From the NCBI GenBank assembly GCA_964016885.1, contig OZ024757.1, forward strand, positions 11,284,001 to 11,348,000: DNA of 64,000 nt, in the 5' to 3' direction. The DNA is from Eledone cirrhosa. Taxonomy: Eukaryota. Positions 21,810-33,502 of this stretch are shown here, in pieces. Each line of letters starts with the position of its first letter. The first letter of the stretch is position 1. The translations under genes and the position numbers were made by a program. The notes under the pieces were generated by a model. It was not told the origin of the DNA, made no database searches, and saw nothing but the letters and a program-made list of their open reading frames with translations.

Positions 21810-23282
21810 ATAAAAAGGGGATGCTCTGGAGAGGAGCAATTATAGGGGTATAAAACTGATGGATCGGGTTATGAAAGTGGCAGAAAGGATATTAGCACAA
21901 CTAATTAGAGAAAGGGTCAAACTAGATATGATGCAGTTTGGTTTTGTGCCTGGGAAAAGTACAACAGATGCCCTCTTCTTGGTGGGACAATTGCAAGAGA
22001 GGTTCTTAGAGAAGAATAAGTCACTATACTTAGCCTTTGTTGACCTAGAGAATGCCTTTGATAGGGTACCCCAATCTGTCATCTGGTGGTCACTAAGGAA
22101 ACTAGGTGTTGAGGAATGGCTTGTGAGGACAGTGCAAACTATGTACAGAGGTGCTGTCAGTAAAGTCAGAGTAGGAATGGAATTTATTGAGGAATTCCAG
22201 ATACAAGTAGTACATCAAGGTTTGGTCCTCAGCCTGCTCTTATTTATTATAGTCCTCCAAGCCATAACAGAGGAGTTTAAGACTGGCTGCCATGGGAACT
22301 TCTCTATGCTGACGATCTGGTTCTTATAGCAGAATCAGTAGAGGAGCTAGAGAATAAATTCTGGCTATGGAAACAGCAGTTTGAAGCAAGAGGATGGAGT
22401 GTGAACCTAGCTAAGACAAAAGTGTTGATGAGTAGAAAAGAGGACAAAACTCTGATTCCGTCAGGGAAATGGCCATGTTCGATATGCAGAATAGGAAATG
22501 GCATAAATTCTATAAAATGCACACAATGCAGATCCTGGGTACACAAGAGATGTAGCGGGATAGCAGGCAAACTAACAGATAGGGAGAAATATGTATGCAG
22601 TAGATGTACAGGGAAATTAGACAGTAGATATCGCATTGATAGACACATTTTTCAAATGCAGGAGGGCACTATAGAAGTGGTGGCTAGCTTCCGGTACCTA
22701 GGAGATCAGATTATCATGGGATGAGGGTGTTCCGAGGCCATAGTAACTAGAATAAGGACGGGTTGGAAGAAGTTTAGGGAGCTGCTTCCTCTGCTGAAGA
22801 AGAAGGGTTTCTCACTGCGTACGAAAGGCCGGTTGTATGATGCCTGTGTGAGGAGCGCGATGCTGGATGGTAGTGAGACATGGGCAGCGACTGCAGAGAA
22901 TAAGCGACGGCTGGAGAGAAATGAGGCAAGCATGCTCCGTTGGATGTGCAGTGTAAATGTGCTTCAATGACCCAGCATAAATCTGTTGAGAGAGAAACTG
23001 TGTCTGACAGGGATAGAATGTAGTGTACGGGAGAGGAGACTGAGGTGGTATGGACATGTGATGGAGGATGACCGATGGGTGAAGAAGTGCCAGTTGAAGG
23101 AAGACGTGGTAGAGGTAGACCACGAAAAACATGGGCGGAGGTGGTGAGAACAGACCTCAGATCATTGAAGTTCATGGTGGAGATGAAGAAGGACCGTGAC
23201 GAGTGGAGAGATGCTGTGCTGAATAAGACCCGTCCCACCCTTGCAAGCAGGGAAAAGCGGACGTAAAATGATGATGATGGTG
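21810..23282 (+). mobile_element. RTE LINE (family B), 5'-truncated, frameshifted
   Basis: KGDALERSNYRGIKL through GRPRKTW..DRDEW and (GAT)n tail. Confidence 0.92.
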
Positions 23283-23302
23283 ATATATATATATATATAT
23301 AT

Positions 23303-23530
23303 ATCATCATCATCACTGTTTTACGTCCGTTCTTCTATGCTAGCATGGGTTAGACGGATTGTCCTGTTGTGGGCAGTGTCCGGTTGGCTGACCTTGTCTT
23401 GCTCAGACGGGAACTGATTTTGGCTTGATTTCTACAGCTGGATGCACTTCCTAAGACCAACCTTATTGACAGTGAGTGTTGGGCACTTTTCTTCCGTGGT
23501 GCCTACATGTCCACTTTATAGTGTGGGTTG
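23303..23530 (-). mobile_element. RTE LINE 3' UTR (family C), tail-to-tail with previous copy
   Basis: (CAT)n, then the reverse complement of the 20545-20760 UTR. Confidence 0.8.
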
Positions 23531-23593
23531 ATATATATATAATATATTTAATATATATATATAACATATATATATAATATAATATAATATATA

Positions 23594-23770
23594 TCTAGAT
23601 ATCTAAAATAGAGAATGCCTAAAACTCAAGAACCACCCAACCGATTGTTTTTAAACTTTACACATATAATACTTATAGTCCTGTGAGTGTTTTGAGGAGA
23701 AAAATTTCAATTTTTCAATGCCCTAGGGACCGCATTAGGCGATTTAGCGATCTCAGGGCCATTCTGCTAG
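23594..23770 (+). mobile_element. Short non-autonomous Helitron-like element
   Basis: Starts A|TC, ends with a GCCCT...AGGGC hairpin and CTAG|T. Confidence 0.5.
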
Positions 23771-23790
23771 TAATATATATATAATATATA

Positions 23791-23902
23791 TGGCTTAGTG
23801 GTTAGAGCATTGGGCTTGTAATTGAAAGGTTGTGAGTTCAATTCTTGGACCGAGTGATGTGTTATGTCCTTGAGCAAGACACTTTATTTCCCGTTGCTCC
23901 TA
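23791..23902 (+). mobile_element. tRNA-derived CORE-type SINE fragment
   Basis: A box TGGCTTAGTGGTTAGAGC, B box GAGTTCAATTC, CORE-like GTCCTTGAGCAAGACACTT. Confidence 0.7.
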
Positions 23903-24229
23903 CCTGGAGTTGTGACCAATAGATAGTATTAGCAATTGGAAAGACCAATGGAAACATTGTTTCTTTGGTCCAATTTGACGAAAGTCGATCGACTGGCGAT
24001 ATATGTATATGTATATATTATACATATATATATATATGTGTCACTTGCTGGATCTGCTAGAAGGACCCAGATAATATGAGATGTTTTCCCGGCTGTATCA
24101 TATACTGCAAATCTATGCAGATGTATACACATATATACACAAACACATAAAGATACACAAGTAATTATACACACACACATTGGAAGTGGTTGATAGCTTC
24201 TGTGACTTAATTAGCAGTGGAGGATGACT

Positions 24230-24572
24230 GTATAACACCTGCCAATAAAATATGATGCTGCATGGTAGTGAAACAAGGGCTGTGACAGCAGAAAAAAAGT
24301 GTAGACTGGAGAGAAATGAAGCAACCATGCTTCATTGGATGTGCCATTTAAGTGTGAGAGAAAGGCAGAGCTTGGACAAATTCAAGAAGAAGCTGGGTTT
24401 AAGAGGGATCTTAAGTGGTGTGTAAGAGAGAAGACTGCATTGGTACGGACATGTGATACACATGGATAATGTCAGCTGGGTGAAGAATTGAAGTTGAAAG
24501 ATGCCATGTTAAGAAGCATGGAAGCATGGAAAAACCAACATAAAAACAGTGATGATATTGATGAAGATGATG
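24230..24572 (+). mobile_element. Old RTE LINE 3' fragment
   Basis: MLHGSET..LERNEATMLHWMC..RRLHWYGHV remnants and GAT tail. Confidence 0.7.
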
Positions 24573-24839
24573 TACATGTACACACATACATAATAAATAA
24601 ATCAAATACAGATATGCACATACTTATATACAAACACAGATAGAAACATATACATGGACACAAATTTCTACACACATACATTCACATATATATAACATAT
24701 GTCAATTCTGAACAATACAGTTTTGTTAGTACAAGTCTTGGTTACAACTTCTACAAATAAAATGAAAGGAGAATAATTTCTTAGTAAAACAGTTTTATTC
24801 AAAATATTAACAACATTGGTGGCACTATTTTAGGTGAGT

Positions 24840-25430
24840 AATATGGTTTTTATCTTGTCTGATTGAGTTTCTGTTTCATTAAGTAACCTTTACAAGAGAA
24901 TGATTTACCACAGACATCAAGGTAATATGGATCCTCTCTTGTATATGTTAGTGTCTAGTGAAGCCACAACATATAGAGAAGGATTTATCACAGACATCAG
25001 TGATATAGTTCCTCTCCTGTATGTTAGTGTGTAGTGAAACCAAAATTAGAAAAATGATTTACATGGGTGGAGGTGGCGAGAGCAGACGTTTGAAGTTCAC
25101 GGTGGAGATGACGAAGGACCGTGACAAGTAGAGAGATGCTTTGCTGAATAGGACCCATCCCACCCTTACATGCAGGGAAAAGCGGACGTAAACTGATGAT
25201 GTTGATGATGATATGGTTTCCCTCATCTATGCATAAATTTAGTTAAATTGCTGCATAAAAAGATATATTTTCCAAACATATGAAAGTGATATGGCTTCCC
25301 ACCTGTATATGTTTGTGTGAAGTTAATGTAGCATTGAAAGAGAATGATTTACCATAGATATTACACTGATATATATTTGTATTCTCATTAATTCACAATT
25401 TTGAGAGGATTTATCACTGATGTCAATGCG
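24840..25430 (-). pseudogene. Decayed C2H2 finger repeats in the ZNF 3' UTR
   Basis: Recurrent GAGAATGATTTACCACAGA.ATCA..GTGATATGG units as in the CDS, but with stops and indels. AATAAA on minus strand at 24794-24799. Confidence 0.75.
25065..25212 (+). mobile_element. RTE LINE 3' end (family B) inserted in ZNF 3' UTR
   Basis: Matches 23130-23280, with GAT tail. Confidence 0.8.
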
Positions 25431-26705
25431 TTAAGATTTCTCCTCTGCATGTATGAGTTTGTGAGTAGTTAGGCTACTTTTCCCAGAGAATGATATAGCA
25501 CAGATATCACAGTGATATGGCTTGTCTCCTGTATGGGTACGTTTGTGGCTAGTTAAGTTACCACTTACAGAGAATGATTTACCACAAATATCACAGTGAT
25601 ATGGCTTGTCTCTTGTATGGGTACGTATGTGTCTATTTAAATGACCACTTACAGAGAATGATTTACCACAGATATCACAGTGATATGGCTTGTCCCCTGT
25701 ATGGGTACGTATGTGTCCCGTTAAGTTACTACTTTGAGAGAATGATTTACCACAGATATCACAGCGGTATGGCTTGTCTCCTGTATGTATACGTTTGTGG
25801 CTAGTTAAGGTACCACTATCAGAGAAAGATTTACCACAGATATCACAGTGATATGGCTTGTCTCCTGTATGTATACGTTTGTGGCTAGTTAAGGTATTAC
25901 TTTCAGTGAATGATTTACCACAGATATCACAGTGATATGGCTTGTCTCCAGTATGTATATGCTTGTGTCTAGTTAAGGTACTACTATCAGAGAATGATTT
26001 ACCACAGATATCACAGTGATGTGGCTTCTCTCCTGTATGGGTACGTATGTGTCTCGTTAAGTTACTACTTTGAGAGAATGATTTACCACAGATATCACAG
26101 TGGTATGGTTTGTCTCCTGTATGTATACGTTTGTGGCTAGTTAAGGTACTACTATCAGAGAATGATTTACCACAGTTATCACAGTGATATGGCTTGTCTC
26201 CTGTATGTATACGTTTGTGGCTAGTTAAGGCATTATTTTCAGAGAATGATTTACCACAGATATCACAGTGATATGGCTTGTCTCCTGTATGTATACGTTT
26301 GTGGCTAGTTAAGGTACCACTTACAGAGAATGATTTACCACAGATATCACAGTGATATGGCTTGTGTCCTGTATGTATATGTTTGTGTCTAGTTAAATTA
26401 CTACTAACAGAGAATGATTTACCACAGATATCACAGTGGTATGGCTTCTCTCCTGTATGTATGCGTTTGTGTTTAGTTAAATAAAAACTTACAAAGAATG
26501 ATTTACCACAGATATCACAGTGATATGGCTTGTCCCCTGTATGCATAACTTTGTGAGTATTTAAGGTACTACATATATTGAATGATTTACCACAGATATT
26601 GCAGTGATATGGTTTCTCTTCTCCAACTTTTGTCATCTCACCAGGAATACTAAACATTTTCGATTGTGTTTCGCATTTAACTTTTTCACTCAATTTATTT
26701 TCCAT
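25431..26705 (-). CDS. C2H2 zinc-finger protein, 14 tandem fingers, single coding exon (gastrula zinc finger-like)
   Basis: 14 x [10 protein letters not shown]-x5-L-x2-H-x3-H with TG(D/E)KP linkers. First ATG at 26705 (MENKLSEK); the track's 26723 start is GTG. Acceptor TTTCTTATTTCAG at 26883-26895 (minus). Confidence 0.93.
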   Translation of the reverse strand: MENKLSEKVKCETQSKMFSIPGEMTKVGEEKPYHCNICGKSFNICSTLNTHKVMHTGDKPYHCDICGKSFFVSFYLTKHKRIHTGEKPYHCDICGKSFSVSSNLTRHKHIHTGHKPYHCDICGKSFSVSGTLTSHKRIHTGDKPYHCDICGKSFSENNALTSHKRIHTGDKPYHCDNCGKSFSDSSTLTSHKRIHTGDKPYHCDICGKSFSQSSNLTRHIRTHTGEKPHHCDICGKSFSDSSTLTRHKHIHTGDKPYHCDICGKSFTESNTLTSHKRIHTGDKPYHCDICGKSFSDSGTLTSHKRIHTGDKPYRCDICGKSFSQSSNLTGHIRTHTGDKPYHCDICGKSFSVSGHLNRHIRTHTRDKPYHCDICGKSFSVSGNLTSHKRTHTGDKPYHCDICAISFSGKSSLTTHKLIHAEEKS

Positions 26706-26979
26706 AATAATTTTTTCTTCCACAGAATATACAAATATTTTACTTGTAATATTTTTTATATTATATTCTTAAAAAATAATATTTCCCTCAACTGTGATTT
26801 CAGTTAATAGACTTCAAATGATGATAAATAGAGGTGATGTATCCGAGATTGAAAATAATTTATCCCAATGTCATCTGGTATTCTGAAATAAGAAAGAAAC
26901 AGTATGAGATAATGCAGAATACTTAAAAGCAGAGATAGATTTAACAGTGGAAACTTTATATTTCTATATTGATAAACTG

Positions 26980-27420
26980 TAGATATCAACTTTCCTGTCC
27001 AGAGTAATTCTCTCCAATGCAAACAGTGGTATTCCAGCATGCTCTATAAATGTTATCCTTCTATCTCTAGAGAGGTCTGCTCTATGGCAGTTTAGTGAAA
27101 AATTCATTCTGATAGGACTTTCTAACATAGCTATTATCTCCTCTCCTGGTGACATGTCAACACCAGTTTAACAACTTTTTATTAGTAGGAGTCAATTGTT
27201 CCTCTACATCTTTTTCTTACTACCTTTCTACCTTTCTCTGGGAGAAATCGGCTGTGTTTAGACCAGGAGTTACGAGTCTATATGAATCCATACAAGTTTT
27301 ATTCAGATCTCAATTGTGTTCCAACGAGAGAGGTGATGGGCTCGATCAGGTTTTAAAATATGCCCGAGAAATACTGTATGTCACTTAGAGTACCCCTACA
27401 ACTCCACCAGTGTTTCATTT
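26980..27420 (-). mobile_element. Highly degenerate LINE RT C-terminal fragment
   Basis: Remnants resembling L.W.GHV.R...RP..RW.DNI...LDR. Confidence 0.35.
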
Positions 27421-27459
27421 GTTTAGGACTATGTCTGGGTTAGCCAGCCAAGTATCAGT

Positions 27460-28070
27460 AGAAGGGAAAACAGGTCCCTGATCCCCTCAGAAAAATGGCT
27501 TTGCTCAGTGTGCTAGAAAGGTGTAGGTAGAAATTTCATTCTCTGTCCAAAATACAAACAATGGCTACACAAGAGATGTAGTGGGATCTCAGTATATATA
27601 TATACATTAAGACATTGTCACTGGACCGAGATCTTTGGCGCTACTCAGTAATACAGAAGACTCGCCTTGCCTATGTATGAAGCAAAACCTACTGTCAGTA
27701 GGTACCTCTTAACCAAATATACACCTCCATCCCACTACCCCTACCCCCATCAACACCACCCTTTCTCTGTAAAGTTATGTTGGTACCACAACATTCAGTC
27801 CTAAATAAATGAGGTCGTGTAGGTGTCACGACTAAAAAACACACAGTCCACGCTGTAATATGGCTGTGTAGGTAACATGGTACAAACCTCCCAGTCCACA
27901 CTGTAAATCTTGTTGGTGTTAGGAAGGATATCCAGCCATAGAAAACCTGCCATCTAGTCCTATACAAGTGAGACACGGTCACCCGACCAATCTTGCCTCA
28001 AGTGGGACAATTCCCGTCTAAACCCAGGCTAGTGTGGAAGGTAGACGTTAAACAATGATGATTATGATGA
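27460..28070 (+). mobile_element. RTE LINE 3' part (family A) with internal deletion
   Basis: PHD-region remnant joined to DRDLW, 3' UTR and GAT tail. Confidence 0.8.
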
Positions 28071-28119
28071 CAAGCAATATATATAATCTAAGTAGAATGG
28101 TATAATGAAAGCATATAAT

Positions 28120-29563
28120 GTAGGTACAGCATTGTTCTCATAAATTGCTACAAAGGTAAAGGGGATGCTCTAGAGAGGAGCAATTAGAGGGGCATAAAGC
28201 TGATGGATCAGGTTATGAAAGTGGCAGAGAGAATATTAGTGCCGCTGATTAGAGAAAGAGCCAATTTAGATGAGATGCAGTTTGATTTTGTGCCTTGGAA
28301 AAGTACAACAGAAGCCCTCTTCTTATTGAGGCAACTACAAGAGAGGTTCTTAGAGAAGAATAAGTCTCTATACTTAGCTTTTGTTGACCTAGAGAAGGCC
28401 TTTGATAGGGTACTCCGTTCTGTAATCTGGTGGTCCCTAAGGATACTAGGTGTAGAGGAATGGCTTGTGAGGACAGTGCAAGCTATGTACAGGGGTGCTG
28501 TCAGTAAAGTGAGGAATTCCAGATACAAGTAGGTGTACATCAAGGTTCGTTATAGGCCTACAAGCCATAACAGAGGAGTTTAAGACTGGATGCCCATGGG
28601 AACTTCTCTATACTGATGATCTGCTTCTTATAGCAGAATCAGTAGAGGGGTTAGAGAATAAATTCTGGCTATGGAAACAGCAGTTGGAATCAAGAAGCCT
28701 GAGAGTGAACATAGCTTAAACAAAAGTGTTGATGAGTAGAAAAGAGGACAAAACTCTGATTCCATCAGGGAAATGGCCATGTTCGATATGTGGGAAAGGA
28801 ACTGGCATAAATTCCATAAAATGTACGCAATGCAGATATTGGGTACACAAGAAATGTAGTGGGATAGCAGGCAAACCAACAGGTAGGGATAACTATGTAT
28901 GCAGTAGATGTACAGGGAAAGTTGGCAGTAGTAATCGCAGTGATAAACACATTTTTCAAATACAGGTGGGTTCTAGAGATGTGGTTGATAGCTTCCGGTA
29001 CCTAGGTGATCAGATTAGCATGGGAGGGGGTTGTTCTGAGGCCATAGTATCTAGAAAAAGGACAGGTTGGAAGAAGTTGAGGGAGCTGCTTTCTCTGTTG
29101 ACAAAGAAGGGTTTCTCCCTGCATACGAAAGGATGGTTATATGATGCCTGTGTGAGATGTGCGATGCTACATGGTAGTAAGACATGGGCAGCAACTGCAA
29201 AGGATATGTGACGGCTGGAGAGAAGCAAGTACGCTCCATTGGATGTGCAATGTCAATGTGTGTGAACGACCAAGCATAGACGAGTTGAGAAAGAAACTGG
29301 GTATAAGAGGGATAGGTTGTGGTGTGCAGGAGAGAAGACTGAGATGGTATGGACATGTGACCACTGGGTAAAGAAGTGCCAAATAATCCCAGTAGTAGGA
29401 AGACGCAGAAGAGGTAGACCACGTAAAACATGGGCGCAGGTGGTGAGAGAAGACCTTTGATCGCTGAAACTCACCGAGGAGATGACAAGTGGAGAGATGC
29501 TGTGCTGAATAGGACCTGTCCCACCCTTGAAGCAGGGAAAAACAGACTTAAAATGATGATGAT
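28120..29563 (+). mobile_element. RTE LINE (family B), 5'-truncated, degenerate
   Basis: YKGKGDAL, DLEKAFDRV, LYTDD, PHD-like cluster, FRYLG, GRPRKTW, GAT tail. Confidence 0.9.
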
Positions 29564-29793
29564 ATATATATATATATATACTGGTATTCAAGATAACATT
29601 GTTAGAACTCATTGCAGCCTTGAAGAGATGGTTTCAACAAGATTGGGTGATGAAAGTTATAGTTTTTGTAGTAGGATCTCATCACTTAAGGTTCCTTCAA
29701 AGATTCTTCTACAGTTACAGAGTCATTTATATATATGTGTGTGTGTTTTGAACAATGAAAGTAAAACTAGAGACAAAGATATGTTCTTGATTA

Positions 29794-29977
29794 GTTCATT
29801 GTTTTACCATCATTTCAGAGGTTTGATTGATCATGGTAGATTGATATATTGACAAACAGTTAGTTGTTATGTCACTAACTATTTCTAGTCTCAAAATCCC
29901 TGATCAATCACACCGTATCAATATATTGATTTACCATGATCAATCAACACTCTGAAACGATCGTAAAACAATTAACC
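29794..29977. repeat. Inverted repeat (~60 bp arms) with hammerhead 3'-half motif
   Basis: 29794-29853 versus 29917-29977. The right arm contains GAAA-C-GATC-G-TA-AAAC. Confidence 0.6.
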
Positions 29978-30359
29978 ATATCTCAGACTTTTGTTTTATT
30001 TTCAATGTTCAATACCCACAAACACACATATATAATTGACAATTTCTTTGGAATAATTGATAAGACTTGTGGCTGGAACAAAGTACCAGCCAGACAGAGG
30101 GAGACCTAGTGGTGAAACAGCACAGTAGATAGAGCTATTAACCCTGTAGCATTTACATTACTCTATATTCACTATTATATTTTCATGGTAAAGTCTTTAT
30201 CTCACATAATATTGAATCTATGAGACTTTGATATTACTTATTTTGAGGACAATACATTAACATCAATATGAGCAGCGAGTTACAGCCGGTTTGAAACAGA
30301 AAGAAGTGAGAGTATTCTGGCTGGATATGGCCAGTTTAAATGCTAAAGGGTTAAAAACA

Positions 30360-31715
30360 AGTGACAGGCATGGAAAGACTGGAAAAGAAGGGGTATCAGA
30401 CCAGGTATCTAAGATAGAAGCTAGAAGACAGGTATACATAACACAGAGAGAGGCTGAAAAAAGAAAGTTTGCCAATGTCTTGAGACATGAGAATCAGGTG
30501 TGAAGTGTTCCACATTGCAAGACAGGGAAAGGTGTGTTAGAAATGACACTGGTACACTTAGCACCACTGATGCTCAAAAGAAAGAGGCCTGGAAATGTTA
30601 CTATGAGAGATTGATGAATGTAGAGAATAAATTAAGGAGCAATCTTAGACTTTTGTTTTATGTTCATTGTTCAACATACATACACATATAAGTGACATTC
30701 TCTTTGGAATTACTGATGAAAGTTGTTAGTGACACAACTACAAGAGAAGATCCTAGATCTAGAAAAGGCCTTTGACAGAGTACCTTACTCTATTATCTGG
30801 TGGTCCTTCAAAAAATTAGGTGGAGAATGGCTTGTCAGAGCAGTGAAAGCCATGTACAGAGGAGCTGTCAGTAAAGTGAGAGTAGGAAGGGACTTTAGTG
30901 AGGAATTCAATGTACAGGTAGGTGTTCATCATGGTTCAGTTCACAACCCACTGCTGTTCTTCATAGTTCTCCAGGCCATAATGAATGGGTTTAAGACTGG
31001 CTGTTCGTGGGAAACAATCTATGTGAATGATCTGGTCCTTATAGCTGAATCCATAAAAGAACTAGAGAATAAGTGACCCTACTGCGCATGTAGGAAAGTA
31101 GTAGGCATAAACTGTACACAATGATAGCTTCCGCTATCTAGGTAACCTAATTAGCAGCAGAGGCGGGTGCTTCGTAAGAGAGGATAGGATTGAAGTTTAG
31201 AGAACTACTTCCACTGTTAGCAAATAAAGTTTCTCCCTACGTACAAAGATGTTGGCTGTACAATGCTTGTGTGTAAAGTGCAATACTGCATGGAAGTGAA
31301 ACATGGGCAGTAACTGCAGAAGACATGCATAAGCTGGAGAGAAATGGAGCAACCATGCTTCGTTGGATGTGCAACGTAAATGTGAGAGGAAGGCAGAGCT
31401 TGGATAAATTTAGGAAAAATTTGGACTTCAGAGGAAACCGAAGTGGTGTGCAAGAGAGAAGACTGCTTTGGTAGCGATATGTGATATGCATGGATGGTTA
31501 TCACTGGTTAAAGAAGTGCCACAGTATACCAGAAGAGGGAAGCCATACTAGAGGGAGACCAGGGTAAATGTGGTAAGAATTGATCTCAAATTGCTGAGAC
31601 TCACTGAGAAAATGACGAAGGAACAAGCGAGTGGGGAGATGCTGTGCTTAACAGGACCCATCCAACCCATGCTAGGACTGAAAAACGGACGTAAAACTAT
31701 GATGATGATGTAGAT
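30360..31715 (+). mobile_element. Old RTE LINE with multiple deletions
   Basis: EARRQVY..EAEKRKF, DLEKAFDRVP, GVHHGSV, FRYLG, LHGSETW, GAT tail. Confidence 0.85.
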
Positions 31716-31770
31716 GAAGTAAATTATATCAAAATAGATTTAGACTAAAAGGAACAAAACTTCCCTGAAA

Positions 31771-32090
31771 CAACAAGGTACAGCTAAATATAAACTATAT
31801 TTTATAATATAAGGTAGGGAACCACATAATTAAATAGACGGAGGTAATTTAGATAACAAATATATCTTTAATTTACTTAAAGCAATAACAAGGTACAGCT
31901 AAATATAAAATATATTTTATAATGTAAGGTAGTGAACCACATAATTAAATAGACGGAGGTATTTTAAATAATAAATATATCTTTAACTTACTTAAAGCAA
32001 TAACAAGGTACAGCTAAATATAAAATATATTTTATAATGTAAGGTAGTGAACAAGATAATTAAATAGACGGAGGTAATTTAAATAATAAA
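31771..32090. repeat. Tandem repeat, 115-bp unit, ~2.8 copies
   Basis: ACAAGGTACAGCTAAATATAAA recurs at 31773, 31888 and 32003. Confidence 0.9.
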
Positions 32091-32627
32091 GACAGTCATG
32101 ATAACAATATATTTTATATCACATGTAACAGTGGAATCTGGTTAATTACTGTGTCGTTGAAGAGTTCACATAATTATATTATTTACACACATTAATATAG
32201 AAATTAAGTAAATCTTTGTCAACTTACCTCCTTCACATATAATCAATGTGTTGTGTTGTTAGTTGTTACTAAACAACCAAAGAAATAATCACTTTGTTAT
32301 CAAATTAGAAGTTTCAATGTTATCAGCTTTATTTCACGACATTAACGTTGGTGTATCTTCTTCATCTTTAGTCATAAATTGATATCTTGTCAGAATGAAG
32401 TAGTGAGGCGAACTTTATGTCTTTAGCTACAGATTTGATAGGAAATATATATATATTAGGTTGATATGTGGTCTAAAATATATATATTGTCTATAAATGA
32501 CTGATAGCAGATGTTCTGGTGAAATAGTAGTTTTACTACTACAGATTGTAATGGAACTCTTAGTAGACACAATTGTAAAGTAAGAATAGATATGACAGTG
32601 CAAGACTGATGTCCGGGGAAATACAAT

Positions 32628-32671
<44 letters not shown>

Positions 32672-32915
32672 ATTATAACACAAGATATAATTGACAGCAG
32701 GTACTCGGTGTCGTTGAGAACGTTTCAACTCTCGTACCGGTGTCGTACGTTAAAAGTCCCTGATATAATTTAACACCTTCAGACACAGTTCCAATCGTAT
32801 TTAATTTATTGTAAATCAGAAAGTATCACTCAATAAAATATCAATTATATATCAATAAGAAAACCTCTACGTAGTCTCCCTAACTGCTAGAAATAGCAGT
32901 GACATTATCCAATAC
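32056..32915. repeat. Segmental duplicate of 16526-17400
   Basis: Near-identical direct repeat; donor GTAAGT at 32222-32227 (minus). Confidence 0.85.
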
Positions 32916-32994
32916 AACTGCTCTCGCTCTCTCTATATATATATACACGCACATATGGACATATGTATGTAAATGTGTATACAACTCGTATGTG

Positions 32995-33345
32995 TATGTA
33001 TAAACAACTATTTTATGGAGAGTTAGTTAAAGGTAAACGACCTCCACATAAACCAAAAAAGAGGTATAAGGATTCCTTGAAATCCTCTTTGAAAGACGCT
33101 AACATCTCTGCTGATACATGGGAAAATGTTGCTGGTGATCGTAATAAATGAAGAAAGACTGTATATGAGGGGAAAGTTGCCTTTTTGGCATCTCGAATGG
33201 CATACGAGAAAGTAAAGCGGGATGTGAGGAAGGGCATTGCTGTTGCACTTCCAGACGGAGAGGGTCCTCCTATGATGCTGACATGCAGCGTCTGTGCGAG
33301 ACTCTGCCTCAGCAAAGCTGGACTCGAAAGTCATCTTCCCAACTA
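32995..33345 (+). mobile_element. RTE/BovB-type LINE 3' end with C-terminal CCHH-like finger
   Basis: KQLFYGEL..GKR...KKRYKDSLK..WE..A.DR..*R, then CSVCARLCLSKAGLESH. Confidence 0.8.
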
Positions 33346-33502
33346 CAGCCGACTATTCCCAGTGAATGTTATGGCTGCCAACTCAGTGCAAGACATTTTA
33401 GATCATTGGCTGGGCTAAAAAGCCACATTCAATCGCAACGCTGTTAATTGCTATCACGCGCGCGTGTGTGTAGGTATGTTTATGTGTGTGTGTGTATATA
33501 TA

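Noticed and set aside
26706-26723. ORF-track start of the ZNF at 26723
   Set aside because: That codon is GTG; in a eukaryote the ATG at 26705 is the plausible start.
13101-31504. Many 60-180 aa ORFs antisense to RTE copies
   Set aside because: They are shadow frames of LINE RT sequence recurring in each copy, with no independent coding evidence.
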